64,000 nucleotides of DNA from Octopus vulgaris (taxonomy: Eukaryota), in assembly GCA_951406725.2 (NCBI GenBank), contig OX597820.1, forward strand, positions 17,422,001 to 17,486,000, given 5' to 3'. This document shows positions 44,655 to 58,897 of the stretch, piece by piece. A program made the position numbers and the translations under genes. Numbering within the stretch: position 1 is the stretch's first letter; each line of letters starts with the position of its first letter. Under the pieces are notes generated by a model that searched no databases, had not been told where the DNA came from, and saw only the letters and a program-made list of their open reading frames with translations.

Positions 44655-45035
44655 TAACTTAATGGTTAGGGTGTTGGACTCATGATCGTAAGATTGTGGT
44701 TTCGATTCCTGGACCGGGCGTTGCTTTGTGTTCTTAAGCAAGACACTTCATTTTACGTTGCTCCAGTCCAGTCAGCTGGCAAAAATGAGTAACCTTGCGA
44801 CGGACCAGCGTCCCATCCAGTGGGGAATATATACACCAGAAAATTCGGGAAACAACCCTAATCAGCTTTTGGCTTGGCAAGGACCAAGTCGAGTAAGCCG
44901 GAATTTCGAAGTCATAGTCAAACTCCAGTTATTCTGCGACGGATCGGCGTCCCGTCCAGGTGGGGAATTTCTACGCCACTGAAACCGGGAAAGCAGCCCT
45001 TATGAGCCTCGCACGGTTCGGAAAGGAAACATTCT
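44655..45035 (+). mobile_element. SINE family D variant
   Basis: TGGTTAGGGTG...GGTTTCGATTCC...TTCTTAAGCAAGACACTTCATTTTACGTTGCTCCAG. Shares a ~110-bp tail segment with 56870-57150. Confidence 0.8.
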
Positions 45036-45240
45036 TTCTTCTTCAACAATGACTGGCCTTGAACCCTGTAACGACTTGGTATCCCTTTGAAGAGGATTTT
45101 TGTGATCTCGGCCATTTCTACACCATAGAAACCAAGCAACAGGCCTTATTAGTTCTAGGGCTCAAGAAAAAAAATGCCAGCTTACAACTCTAAAGGTAGC
45201 ACAGGCAGTAGTACCTTGCAATATATTGTTGCTTTCTCCA

Positions 45241-45832
45241 AGGCGGCGAAATGGCAGAATCGTTAGCACACCGAGCAAATTACTTAGCGACATTTCGTTC
45301 TTTCCTTCGTTCTGAGTTCAAATTCCGCTGAGGTCGACTTTGCCTTTCGTCCTTTCTGGGTCGATAAAATAAATACCAGTTGAGCGCTGTGGATCGATGT
45401 AATCGACTTATCCACTCCTTCGATATTTATGGCCTAGTGCCAAAATTAGAAGCCAATATATGATTTATTTCTTCAAGGCGGTGAGCTGTTAGAATCGTTA
45501 CCGCGCCGGAAAAAATGATTAGCGGTATTTCTTCCGACATTGTTCTTTGTGCAAATGCTACCGGACTCCACTTAGCCCTTAACCCTTTCGGGGTAGACTC
45601 ACGTACTGGGATCTACGTCATCAGCTTACTCCTCTCGCTCGAAATTGCTGGCCTTGTACCAAAATTTGGAACCAACGTATAGGCCATTTCTTTCTTCTCT
45701 TTATTTTCTAAATTTCCAGCTTTATGAAACATGATTACTGGTCAAACACTGGTTAATAAATACTCTTTGCAACCACATTGTTAGGAGTTCAATCCCACTA
45801 TATCCCTGGAAACTGTGTGGAAGTTCGTTGTG

Positions 45833-45868
<36 letters not shown>

Positions 45869-48800
45869 TTTGCGGTTTCGTTTGTCTCTTCAGCCTTTGA
45901 CATATGGTGTTGGCTTGTTTATGCACCCATAATTTAGCGGTTCGGCAAAACTAATCGATAAAGCAAGTACCAGATTTTTTAAAATAAGCATTGAGAGCGA
46001 ACTGTTCGACTAATACCCTGAAAGGCGATGCCCCAGCATGGCCGCAGTCGAATGACTGGAACAAGAAACAGAAGAAACGAAGATAAATAAATGGTCAAAT
46101 GTAAAAGTTGTGCTAGCATGACTTGAACTCAGGTTCATGTGTTCGTATTTTGTGACAGACCTTTTGCTAATGCTCTGGAACAAGCATATGAATCTAAGAG
46201 TCATTGAAGGAGGCTTTGTATAGTTAATCGGCTTGTTAGAAATAACAGCTAACTTTCCTGTAAATTCATCTTACAGTTTTAAAGACAGTTTAAAAGACAG
46301 TTTTAAAAGACAGACAGATTTGGGATCATAGCAGCAGTGTGATAATCAGTGTCGGCAGGCTTCCGATCATAGATATATTCCATCGGGGTCGAAGCAAAGG
46401 TTACTTTCTTCAATTTGAACGTTCTAAGGTAGGGGTTGCTTATCTTCGATAGACAACAATCCTACGTAGAGGATTTTTTTCTATCATGTTCCTAAGTAGA
46501 GATCGGTCTTTAGCATCGACTCGGTGAAGCATTAGTCGCGTTAGAAATATATAACTTCTTTTTCTGACCTTTTCGAAATAAATAACCTGAGAATTTATGC
46601 AACATTTCTGTATTATACAGTAAGAGGTATTATGTGGGCCCAGATGTTACAAAGAAATTCATGTCATCAAGCTTTGGACATATCTATTCCTCATTCTTAG
46701 TTCTTTACTGCCCACAAGGGGCTACACACGGAGAGGACAGACAAACGGATTAAGTCGATTATATCGCCCCCAGTGCGTAACTGGTACTTATTTAATCGAT
46801 CTCGAATGGATGAAAGGCAAAGTCGACCTCGGCGAAATTTGAACTCAGAACGTAGCAGCAGACGAAATACCTATTTCTTTACTACCCACAAAGGGCTAAA
46901 TACAGAGAGGACAAACAAGGACAGACAAACGGATTAAGTCGATTATATCGATCCCAGTGCATAACTGGTACTTATTTAATCGACTCCGAAAGGATGAAAG
47001 GTAATGGCGACCTCGGCGGAATTTGAACCCAGAACGTAACCGCAGACGAAAAACCGCTAAGCATTTCGCCTGGCGTGTTAACGTTTCTGCCAGCTCGCCG
47101 CCTTATTTTTTTGTGCTTATACATTCTTTCTCCTCTTATTCCTCATTCTACGATGGTGAATCCGCTTCCCATGGAGCGCCAGGGATCAAGTCCGCAACAG
47201 TCTCTGAAAGGGGGATGCAGGTCTTTTTACATGAGTTCAAAGAGAGCTATTTTGTTATACGGGGTCAAATCCATTACATCAACCTCAGTATTTGACCGAT
47301 ACTTTATTTTTATCGAATTTAAAGGGACGATAAGCGAAGTTAGCCTCATTGAGATTTGAACTCAGAACGTAAAGAGCCGGAAGAAATACTGCTAAGGACG
47401 TTGTCAGACCTGCTAACGATTCTACCAGCTCACCGCTTTTGGGGGTGTTGTATTTACCAGACTTAAACTAAGTAAGTGGAAGCACATGGCCTAGTGGTTA
47501 GAGCAGTGGACAAGCGGTCGACGGATCGTGGATTCGAATCTAGGCCCGGCGATGTGTGTGTTTATAAGCGAAACACCTAAGCTAAACGTGGCTCCGGCAG
47601 AAGGTAATGGTGAACTTCTGCTGGCTCTTTCGCCACAGCTTTCTCTCACTCTTTCCTCTTGCATCTAGCAGTTCACTTGTGACGAAACGGTGTTCCGTCC
47701 AGGTGGGGAACCTATACGCCAATGAAACCGGAAACCGACCCTTATGAGCTAGGCATGGCTCGAGTAGGAACAAACAACAATAACTAAGTACTGGAATCGA
47801 TGTGTTCGACTGACCCTATAAAGCAGTGCCCCAGCATAGCCGCAGTCCAATGAGCGAATCAAGGCAAAAGAGTGAAAAAAAGTTACAAGAAAGTTTCCGA
47901 ATGACAGAAATACAAAGTGATACAAAACATTTGGTTTCGTACTGGAGTGCTTCTATGGAGAATAAACATTTTATCTTACATCTCTTTATAACGGCAGAGA
48001 CCTAACGGAAACGATGATTGATTTATACGTTTGAGGAATCCCATGAAACTAATGACTAACTTTACTAATTCAGTTCAATATCATTCTTATCTTAAGATTA
48101 AGGCGGCGAGCTGGGACAAACGTTAGCACGCCGGGTGAAATGCGTAGCCGTATTTCATCCGCCGCTACGTTCTGAGTTCAAATTCTGTCGAGGTCGACTT
48201 TGCCTTTCATCCTTTCGGGGTCGATTAAATAAGTACCAATTACGCACTGGGGTCGATATAATCGACTTAATCCGTTTGTCTGTCCTTGTTTGTCCTCTCT
48301 GTGTTTAGCCCCTTGTGGGTAGTAAAGGAATGGGTATTTCGTCTGCCGCTACGTTCTGAGTTCAAATTTCGCCGAGGTCGACTTTGCCTTTCATCCTTTC
48401 GCTGTCGATAAATTAAGTACTAGTTGCATACTGGGATCGATCTAATTGACTGGGATCGATCTAATTGACTGGGATCGATCTAATTGACTGGTTCCCTTCC
48501 CCAAAATTTCGGACCATGTGCCTAGAGTAGAAAAGATTCTTAAGATTCACTTGCATATTCATATTCTAAATGTAATTACATTGGTTTCCAAATGGGCACA
48601 AGGCCAGTAATTTAGGGAGAGGGAATAAATCGATTGCATCGATCCCGGGTTTTCACTTTATATTTACTTTCATCGACGTCCGAAGGAATGAAAGGCAAAC
48701 TCGACTTCGGTGTAATTTGAACTCAGAACGTAAAACGTTTTGTCCAGCGTGCTAATGGTTCTGCCAGCACTCCACTTTTTTTAGTGTAATTATATTCTTT

Positions 48801-49692
48801 TCAACTCTAGGCACAAGGCGCACAATTTTGGGGAGCGGGCCAGTCGAATAGATCGAACCCTGTACGCAACTGGTACTTCATTTATCGATCCCGAAAGGAT
48901 GAAAGGCAAAGTCGACCTCGGCGCAATTTGAACTCCGGAAGAAATTCTGCTGTTTTGCCCAGCGTGCTAACGTTTCTGCCAGCTCGCTGCCTTTGTTAGT
49001 GTAATTATATTAATGCATTTAATCCTTAGATATCTTTTACTTCTTTCAGTCACTGGACTGTGGCCGTTCTGGCGCAACACTTTGACAGGTTTAATCAAAC
49101 AAATCAATACTCGTCCTTAGGTATTTAAACTTGTGGTACTTATGCTATCGTTAAATTACGTGGGACGTAAACAAATCAACAGCAAATGTTAAGCTATAGC
49201 AGGAACAAACAGACACACAGACACCCCCCCCTCCACACACATACGATGGTTTTCGCACAGTTTCCGTTAACCAAATTCACTTACAAGGCATTGGTCGGCT
49301 CGGAGAAGATATTTGCACAAAGTGCAAGTGTGTGAGGACTGAACTTGAATCCATCTGATTGCAGAGCGAGATTATTAACCACGCAGTTATGCTTGTACTA
49401 AAGGCGACGAGCAGGCAGAAACGTTAGCACGCCGGGAAAAAAGCTTAGCGGTTACGTTCTGAGTTCAAATTCCGCCGAGGTCGACTTTGCCTTTCATCCT
49501 TTCAGGGTCGATTAAATAAGTAGCAGTTACGCACTGGGGTCGATATAATCGACTTGGTCCGTTTGTCTGTCCTTGTTTGTCTCTTCTGTGTGTAGCCCCT
49601 TGTGGGCAGTAAAGAAATAAGAAACGTTAGCACGCCGGGCGATATGCTTAGCAGTATTTCGTCTGTCTTTACGTTCTGAGTTCAAATTCCAC
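45241..49692. mobile_element. Dense nest of SINE B, A and C copies
   Basis: B: 45241-45460, 46700-47103 (- dimer), 48100-48537 (+ dimer), 48590-48990, 49400-49692. A: 45760-46085, 49030-49395. C: 47476-47775. Confidence 0.85.
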
Positions 49693-50704
49693 CATATATT
49701 GCAAGGGATATCTTTTAGTGTTCTAATGTTTTTATTCCTTTTTTCTTCTCGATCCCTAGTACACATAAAACCAGTTAGCCGGTTTCTATGATGTAGGAAA
49801 CGAGTGGCTTAGTAGTTAGGGTTTACGGCTCACAATACTAAGCCCTGTGTTTGACACCCAGCGGTCCGTTGTGTCTCATGAGGAAGGCACTTTATTTCAT
49901 GTTGCTCCAATCTACTCAGCTGGCAAATATTAAGGGGTACTTGTATTTTAAAGGACCAGCCTTGTCATATTCTGTGTCCCGCTGACTTTCCCTGAGAACT
50001 ACATTTTAAGGACATCTCTGGAGTGCTCAGCCAATTGCACGTTAATTTCACGAGCATGCACTTCCACTGATCGAATCAGCCAGAGCACTTGTCAGACGAA
50101 ATGCTGGTGAGTATGACATGGAAGTCACAGAGATCGCAACAAACCCCTCATCTCTTTGAACAGGAAGCCAGTTAGTTGTAGGATTGAAGGTGCTGCGCCG
50201 AAGGACTGAACATGAAACCTTCCTATCGCTGAAGCGAGCTTCTTAACCACATAGCCATACGTATACCAGATAGTTGTATTAGAATATTTACACTCTACTC
50301 CCGCCCACCGAATGTCTTATTTTCTATCTTATTTTGTATATATGATCTTCTGTGCTATTTCATACTTTACCGACATATTTGGCTTTCGTTTCTTTTTCCT
50401 TTACTTTTTCAACACTTCACATTATTTTTGTCATTTCCTTTTATCTTATATACTTCGTGAAGTTTTTAGAGACGAAACTATCTGGTTTGCACAATGAATT
50501 CATAAGTTGTGTGTCTATACCAGCTGTTGTTATTTCCTTGTGATTTTCGTCAGCTCATTTATTCTAGTTCCCGAGGCGGAAGTTACCTTTCAAAAACTGA
50601 TGTTTTATCCAAACAGAGATTCCACAGCTGATCAGTTTAACACTCTTGAAACTAGCGTTGAACACCGATCCTCTTGACCCTTCTAAGGAATTAACATTTA
50701 TCAC

Positions 50705-51170
50705 TTACATGTTTCAGTCTTCGGATTGCGGCCATGCTGGGGCACCGCTTCAGAGGGTTTACGTGAAAAAAAAAATCGACTCGACCCAGTTAGTATTTTG
50801 TTTTTATTTTAAGACTGTTTCTAATTCTATCAGTCTCGTCTGCCGAACCGCCACCTTACGGGGACATAAATAAACCAACATTGGTTGTCAAGCGACGAGG
50901 GAGACAAGCACAGACACAAGGACATGCATGCATACATATATATTTGTGAGTGTATACAAGTGCATTTTTTTGTGTGTATGTGTATTTTTGTGTGTGTGCA
51001 TATATATGTATGTTTACGTGTGTGTACATATATATCTATATGTATTTGTGTGTGTGTGTGTGTGCATATATATATATATTTATGTATTTGTGTGTTGTGT
51101 ATATATATATACATACATACATACACGACGGGCTTCCATACAGTTTCCGTCTACCAAATTCACTTAAAAA
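50705..51170 (-). mobile_element. SINE family A, diverged and lacking its head
   Basis: GCGGCCATGCTGGGGCACCGC...ACGACGGGCTTCCATACAGTTTCCGTCTACCAAATTCAC. Confidence 0.8.
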
Positions 51171-51913
51171 GTTTTAGTTAAAATCATAAACATCCACTCT
51201 ATTTATATCTGGAGCAGTTCAATTCCTAACAATGTCGACAAATATTTAAGTCCCACCTAAGTTCCATGGCTTATGAGTGGCCTGTAGCTAACAGAGGGGC
51301 TGTTCTACAATTGTCTTGCTATTCGACGCAAATCATTTTCCTACATTTGCGCAACTAATATCACTGCAGCGGATTATCAGAAACTTTGTACACAATGTTC
51401 TGCAGAATTTTAACGGTTCTTTGTATTCTGAGTTCATATCTCACCTACGTCTACTTTCTTTTCATCCTTTCGAGTGTCGATAAAATAAAATACCAGCCCA
51501 AGCGAAGGTTTTGCTGAATTCGTAAAACGTTGAACAAAATGGATGCGGTTATTTTGTTCTAGCTCATTACTTTCTGAGTTTAACTGCGACTGTTGCAAAT
51601 CTCTATCAATCCTAGCCTTCCCTTGGATAGGGGAGACTTGTTGCAGGTGTTTGTGCTGGTCTTCGATGAAAAAGGGAGCCCTTGAATAGACCTACTTCAA
51701 AATGCGGAGGTTTGCAGTTCAGAGACATTGTCAATCCTAACCGACGATGATCTTTAATAAATCAACAAGAAAGCTATCCAGGACGTACAAAACCATTCTC
51801 TTTGCCTGTAAATTAGTGTTACCGTACCTGCTGTAAATAAGTAAATGGAAATTCACTACGGGGCTAGAAGTAGGAAGACCTCGTCAAGCAAGGGTTTCAG
51901 CTCCTTAGTTTCT

Positions 51914-52103
51914 TATTTCTTTATTGCCCACAAGGGGCTAAACACAGAAGGGACAAACAAGGACAGACAAAGGGATTAAGTCGATTACATCGACCCCAGT
52001 ACGTAACTGGTACTTAATTTATCGACCCCGAAAGGATGCAAGGCAAAGTCGACATCGGCGGAATTTGAACTCAGAACGTAACGCTAAGTATTTCACCCGG
52101 CGT
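51914..52103 (-). mobile_element. 5'-truncated SINE B with 14-bp TSD
   Basis: GCTCCTTAGTTTCT at 51900-51913 and 52104-52117. Confidence 0.9.
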
Positions 52104-52328
52104 GCTCCTTAGTTTCTGACACTCTAAAGGAAACGGCCTATCGAGATCATGACTCCTTGCAGTCCTCCTGCAGTTTCGAAATGTTGCCTTTCAGTGGGGA
52201 CCTTATTTTCCAGTACTGTTGCGTGGACAGACGGCGACGAAGATGACCGAAAGAATTCGCCCTGTGGACTATATGAACTTGGATTTTCTTCATATTTGTC
52301 TTTATTTAGCGACTCGCAGTATTTTATT

Positions 52329-52510
52329 TTAACTCCAGCTGGTGTTTCTCTTTACCCATAACAGCATTGAGCTCTTCTCAGCTGTTTCTAAAAGGCGCTT
52401 AATCGTTGCCGTTCTTTTGCAACCGTTGAATCCGAGTTAACCAAATGTTTGTTACACGGAGTTCATGATAAACCCTCGTGCACCAACTTCAGTAAATAAA
52501 AGAAGCCAAC
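52329..52510 (-). pseudogene. Hero/NeSL-like (RLE) non-LTR retrotransposon C-terminal fossil
   Basis: Minus frame FTEVGARGFIMNSV*QTFG*LGFNGCKRTATIKRLLETAEKSSMLLWVKRNTSWS* resembles the EVG(C/A)RGF...LG..G..R..AI..L...AE..S.WLW.KR pattern; two internal stops. Confidence 0.7.
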
Positions 52511-52608
52511 GTTTCTCAGTAGTTGCGGTGAACCTAATAACAACAAAAATATTACACAAATTCATTACTTTTATGTATATTATATCTAAAAGTAATGCAA
52601 GTCACAAA

Positions 52609-53003
52609 GGAGGTGAGCTGGCAGAATCATTAGCACGCCGGGAGAAATGCTTAGCAGTATTTCGTCTGCCGTTATGTTCTGAGTTCAAATTCCGCCGACT
52701 TTCATCTTTTCGGGGTCGATTAAATAAGTACCAGTTACGCACCGGGGTCGATATAATCGACTTAATCTGTTTGTCTGTCCTTGTTTGTCCCCTCAGTGTT
52801 TAACCCCTTGTGGGTAGTAAAGAAATAGGTATTTCGTCTGCCGCTACGTTCTGAGTTCAAATTCCGCCGAGGTCGACTTTGACATTTATCCTTTCGGGGT
52901 CGATTAAATAAGTACCAGTTACGCACCGGGGTCGACTTAATCTGTTTGTCTGTCCTTGTTTGTCCCCTCTGTGTTTAGCCCCTTGTGGACAGTAAAGAAA
53001 TAG
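52609..53003 (+). mobile_element. SINE B dimer with 17-bp TSD
   Basis: GTAATGCAAGTCACAAA at 52592-52608 and 53004-53020. Confidence 0.92.
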
Positions 53004-53887
53004 GTAATGCAAGTCACAAAAAGAGAAGAACCCAAAAGAAAAACAAAGGAAAATATTTCGGTTAGGGGGTAGAAACCTTAGTTAACGCAGAATAAAAATA
53101 CATACATTACAGTTTATTATTTACCTTGCTATATATTTCAGGACCAATTTCTGTCGGGGTCGACTTCTATGTTCATCTGAGGTCGGCTCCGATGACTATC
53201 TTTTTTTGGATACAAAGTTTGGCCTTGTACCGAATGAAAATAAATCAGTTTTACATTCATCTATTACCTTATTGTTTTCTAACCTGTTTAATATTTCCTC
53301 TTTCCATCTCGGTTTCATTTATTTATGATTTCTTTTATGTCTCACGTTATTCAGCCATATTCGCTGTTTTATTTCATTCGCTTTTAAGGCCCTCTTTCAT
53401 CTGTTCAATCCATTTCAATTCGTGTATGCTCATTTCCAATTCACGTTTGGATTAATCTATTTTATATCCATCTTTCAATCAAATTCATCTGTTCACGTTT
53501 ACTCACAAATGTGAACGTTCATCTTCAAGAGATACGTTCTCAGCGAACCTCATCTACGAAACAATATGTAATATGATGCGTTAATATACTTCAATGCAAA
53601 GCGGCGAAAACCCGGTGAGCTGGCAGACTCTTTAGTAAACCAGACAAAATGCTTAGCAGCTTTCCGTCCGTCTTTATACTCCGAGTTCGACTTTGCCTCT
53701 CATTCTTTCGGGGTCAATAAAATAAGTACCAGTTGAACACTGGGGTCGATGTAATCGATTTCTCCACCCCTAAAATTTCTGGGCGTTGTGTCAAAACTTA
53801 AAGCCAATATAAGGCAGTGAGCTATAAGAATCATTAGCATTCCACACATAATGCTTAGTGGTATGTACACACACATATATATATATG

Positions 53888-53921
<34 letters not shown>

Positions 53922-54192
53922 TTTCTCCCCATTCATCACCCTCTTGTACTATCTTATATCCCTCCCCACCACTACACACTCAATAACACTATAAAATGGT
54001 CAAAACCTTTTCACAGGAACTTAGTTCGATTTGAAAACCCCACTAGAATGGGAGAAAGCGCTAATATATGATATATGTTATATGCTGTATAAAAACATGT
54101 AATATACAAATAAATATCTGTAAATATAAAACCATCCGAATTTTTGAGTACCTCATTTCTTCTAATGTAAATATATATATATATATATATAT

Positions 54193-54386
54193 TGGTTGGC
54201 GATTTTTTTCCTCCGTCTTCCTTTCCTTGGATCTTTCTTTTTCCTATGTTTTTGACGAAGAGCTCCGCTCGAAACGTTGAATCCTCCTTCTTTCTTTCCT
54301 TTCCTGAGCGTTCAATAACACTATACTTGTTCCACGCCCTCGCGTTCTTGTGTTTTCTCTTTGTTTTATCATGTTTGGATTAACTA
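54193..54386 (+). mobile_element. Short repeat with a minimal hammerhead-like motif (54248-54282)
   Basis: GTTT-TTGACGA-A-GAGC-tcc-GCTC-GAAAC-GTT-GAAT. (TA)n on both sides; homolog of 9780-9990. Confidence 0.6.
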
Positions 54387-55939
54387 TATATATATATATC
54401 GGCTTTTTCGAGTTCAAATTCCGCTGAGGTCGACTTTGCTTTTTTCCACCTGCCTCCCCACCACCACCACCACCACCGCTAGAATTGCTGGCCTTGTGTC
54501 AAAATAAGAAAGAATTATTTTTCAGTGTGTTCAAATAACACTGCAAGCAAATGTCGCTGCAATAGGACGTTTCCTTTATCATAAATAGTTACTATTACGA
54601 AGTTTTTTCAGAAAGGGCATTGGATCTTCAACCCCGTGTGTCGAGTTGGAGTAACTTGAAATAGCAGAAAGAATATGTTACCGAGGATCAATGCGGATTC
54701 CCCGTTTTTCTCTAAAATGTAGGGGTTCAGTTATATACGTCTATAATAAGCGATGCCAAATACTTGGTGTCCGTTTTATGTTATTTATTGCAAAATGTTC
54801 TGTATATCTGTGCTGTACAAGGACCACCAGATCTTTAAAGTGAGCAATAACTATTACAAAAAATAGCCTGAACAATTTGATGGGGATACCATGAGGAACG
54901 GTCCAGAGATTGCTGTATCGTTTATCTTTTATTTGTTTCGGTCATTGGACTGCGACCATGCTGGGGCTCTGCCTTGAAAGGTTTAACCTTACAAATCGAC
55001 TCCAGTACTTACTTAAGTCTTGTAACTATACTTTCGATCTATTTTGCTGGACAGCTATGTTACGAGGACGTAAACAAATCAACACCGGTTGTCAGTCGAA
55101 GCGGAACCAAACGCAAAGACACACATGCATACGCCGGGCTTCCGCACAGTTTGTGTCTATGAAATTCACTCACAGGTCATTGATTGGCCCGATGCCAATT
55201 GCTGAAGACAGTTGTTCAAGGTGCAGCGCTGTGAGACTGAACCAGAGACCATGTCGTTACAAAGCAAACCTCTTAACCACACAGCCATGCTTTGACAAAC
55301 TTTTATAATTCTAATGTCTTCAATAAATGATAAATTTTCTGCAGATGTACAATATACAGTTTCTCTGCAAATGTTAGCAGCCAATCCAAAGAAGTTATTT
55401 GTTTGTCACGCAGTTTTATAATGATATTGCTTTGTGTAACAGATATCACTGTACGTTAAGAGTCGTCTCACATGTCAAAATATGTAACCAGCTTGGCGCA
55501 AAAACCATATGCTAAAGCAATTCAATGGAAAAACAAGGCCGTACCCATTGATCCATGCTACTGAATAAAATTCGTAGTCGAACTGTTAGTTTGGCTGATT
55601 TCTAAGTTTTAGCTTAATACCTGCAGGTCCGCTTATATCTTCCAGAAATAGTTTGAAAGAAAAATAATCCTTTGCAAAGAGAGGCAAAAACAAACAACCA
55701 CGTTTTTGTAGGTAACTTTGAATGCCTGATTAAACATACAGCGCAACGTCTGACTTTAGTTCGTTCAGCTCAAAATCCTATTTCTCCTTGTGTATTAGGT
55801 TTCCCTGGCCAAATGCTTTATCGTCTGCAGACAACAGCCGATCCTTACATATCTAAGCATGTTGTACGTCAAGTTTTTGTTGGGTTTTTTTTTTCGTATT
55901 TTCAGCAATATTTTCTTTCTCTCAAGAAAATAGTTTATT

Positions 55940-56336
55940 AAGGCGGCGAGCTGGCAGAATCGTTAGCACGCCGGGCGAAATACTAAGAGGTATTTCGTCT
56001 AGCGTTACGTTCAGAGTTCAAATTCCGCCGAGGTCGACTTTGCCTTTCATCCTTTCGGGGTCGATAAATTAAGTACCAGTTACGCACTGGGGTCGATGTA
56101 ATCGATTTAATACCTATGCTTGTCCTTGTTTGTCCCCTCTGTGTTTAGCCCCTTGTGGGTAGTAAAGAAATCGGTATTTCGTCTGCCGTTACGTTCTGAG
56201 TTCAAATTCCGCCGAGGTCGACATTGTCTTTCATCCTTTCGGGGTTGATAAGTTAAGTACCAGTTGCGTACTGAGGTCGATCTAATTGACTGGCCCCTCC
56301 TCCTCCAAAATTTCGGGCCTTGTGCCTATAGTAGGA
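55940..56336 (+). mobile_element. SINE B dimer (tail A then tail B) with 16-bp TSD
   Basis: AAGAAAATAGTTTATT at 55924-55939 and 56337-56352. Confidence 0.92.
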
Positions 56337-56425
56337 AAGAAAATAGTTTATTCGTGGAGAAATTTGACAAATCATAATTACAGACTCACTTTAACTCCGA
56401 AATTTCATTTCTCTCACGACTTTTT

Positions 56426-56468
<43 letters not shown>

Positions 56469-56580
56469 CAGCTTATTAAATAGTCTAATACAACAAGCGT
56501 AATTATTTAGCGCATAAAGACACTGGTAAACATCATATAACATAAATATATGCATGCGTATGTTTATATGAGTCGATGCA

Positions 56581-56812
56581 AGGCGGCGAGCTTGCAGAAA
56601 CGTTAGCGCGCCGGGCGAAATGCTTAGCGGTATTTCGTCTGTCATTACGTACTGAGTTCAAATTCCGCCGAGGTCGACTTTTCCTTTCATCCTTTCGGGG
56701 TCGATAAATAAAGTACCAGTTTCGCACTCGGGTCGATGTAATCGACTTAATCCCTTTGTCTGTCCTTGTTTGTCCCCTCTATGTTTAGCCCCTTGTGAGT
56801 AGTGAAGAAATA
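56581..56812 (+). mobile_element. SINE B monomer with 16-bp TSD
   Basis: TATATGAGTCGATGCA at 56565-56580 and 56813-56828. Confidence 0.92.
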
Positions 56813-57220
56813 TATATGAGTCGATGCACGTATACACATACACGCACATATCTCTCTCTGTATGTAGGTGTAGGCGTATGGGTTTGGGATAGAGGCGTTG
56901 CATTCATGGTCATAAGATTGCGGTTTCGACTCTCGGACAGGGTGATGCGTTGTATTCTTCAGCAAAACTCTTCATTTCATGTTGCTCTTGTCCACTCACC
57001 TGGCCAAAATGAGTAACCCTGCGATGGACCAGCGCCCCATCCAGTGGGGAATATATACACCAGAAAATTCGGGAAACAACCCTAATCAGCTTTTGGCTTG
57101 GCAAGGACCAAATCGAGCAAGCCGGAATTTCGAAGTTATAGTCAAACTCAAGCTTAAACATGCAACCTACTCAACACTATTCAATAATTTTTTTTAGTTT
57201 AACGTTAAATTATTTTTTAT

Positions 57221-57356
57221 AGGCGCAAGGAGTGGCTGTGTGGTAGTAGTTTGCTTACGAACCACATGGTTACGGGTTCAGTCTCACTGCGTGGCACCTT
57301 GGGCAAGTGTCTTCTACTATAGCCTCGGGCCGACGAAAACTGAAGGAAGCCCGTCG

Positions 57357-57409
<53 letters not shown>

Positions 57410-57602
57410 ATTTGTCCCTCAACATCGCTTGACAACCGATGCTGGTGTGTTTACGTCCACCATAACTTAGCGGTTTGAAAAAAGAGACCGATAGAATAAA
57501 TACTAGGCTTACAAAGAATAAATCCTTGAGTCGATTTGTTTGACTAAAAGCGGTGCTCCAGCATGACAGCAGTCAAATGACTGAAACAAGTAAGAGAGTA
57601 AA
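57221..57602 (+). mobile_element. SINE family A
   Basis: Head, central microsatellite and tail all present. Confidence 0.88.
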
Positions 57603-57839
57603 ACGAGAGTAACTTGATATTAAAAAAGAAACATTAAAACATATATTGAAACATTTGATAGTGAATTCGAAGTTTCGCCATCTCAATGGGGATTCATCAA
57701 TATTTCTGTCAATTGTTTACTTTGAGAAACTAATCTTTCTACTCGGCCTATATTTGAGTAATCCATCAGTTGGTTTTATGCGTGATTGTATATAAAACAC
57801 ACACGAGAGTCTAATGTAGTATATTTTAAAAATAATAAA

Positions 57840-58082
57840 TGCGCCCTTTTAAAGCCTAGCCAGGCTAATGGACTAGGTTTCCCGGTTTCTATGGCGTATG
57901 TGTTCCTCAGCTGGACGGAACGCCAGTCCATCGCAGCGTTACTCATTTTTGCCAGCTGAGTGGACTGGAGCAATGTGAAATGAAGTGTTTTGCCCAAGAA
58001 CACAACGCGTCGCCCGGTCCAGGAATCGAAACCACAATTTTACGATCATTATGCTGAAGCCTTAACCACTAAGCTACACGCC
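57840..58082 (-). mobile_element. SINE family D variant
   Basis: Minus GGCGTGTAGCTTAGTGGTTAAGG...GGTTTCGATTCCTGGACCGGG. Confidence 0.8.
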
Positions 58083-58897
58083 AATGTAGAATATTGAATA
58101 GATTAATGTAATTTAGATATCTGGTTGCAATCTCTAACAAGTCAAACGACAAACCGTCGGTCGTTAAGTGTCTGTTACGAGGTTTTTACATAACTATAAA
58201 TTTAAATATAAACTTTTACTAAAGGTAAAGATCATAACTGTGGACAATATATAAAATGTAAATAGATTAAGGTGATTATTTATTGCCCACATGGGGCCAA
58301 CAAATGTAGGGACACTGAACAAATGAAAAAAAAAAACGTATGGTACAATGGTAAAGAAAAATGAAAAAGGAAAGTAACGCTACCTGCCCCATCAAGTAAC
58401 ATCACTTCCTTATTCTTTGTATTCCATTATATCAAGTCCATAGCTTTCTTTAAGTTCCTCATACTCTATATCCTTAGGTAATCTTTCCTTGTCATATTCT
58501 GCCTTCCAAACATCATACTTTCCTTTGTGTTTTCTTCCAATCTCATTTTTTTGGTCTTCTGTTATTAGAAGGCATGAATGGCTCCCGTAAGCGCTCTCCT
58601 CATTCTCCATCCGTTTCTTTATTGCCCACAAGGGGCCAACACAGAGGGGACTATACACATGATATGGGGTCAGTGCACGAATGAAAGATACATAGATATG
58701 ACATTAAAAAATTCAATTATATAAAAACGAATGGTAAAGCTAATAAAAGACATAGACATTACAGATGGAGTGGGGGCGGGTCTCCTCATCCGCCTCCCTA
58801 ACCATCACTATATTCTCCCATAGGTAAATAGATTAACAGGTAAGCGTTCAGGCGCATGCATTTTATGGGTTTCTCAATTACTTACAGATGAGTGGAG

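Noticed and set aside
48431-48492. 19-bp triple tandem CTGGGATCGATCTAATTGA
   Set aside because: Local slippage within a SINE B copy.
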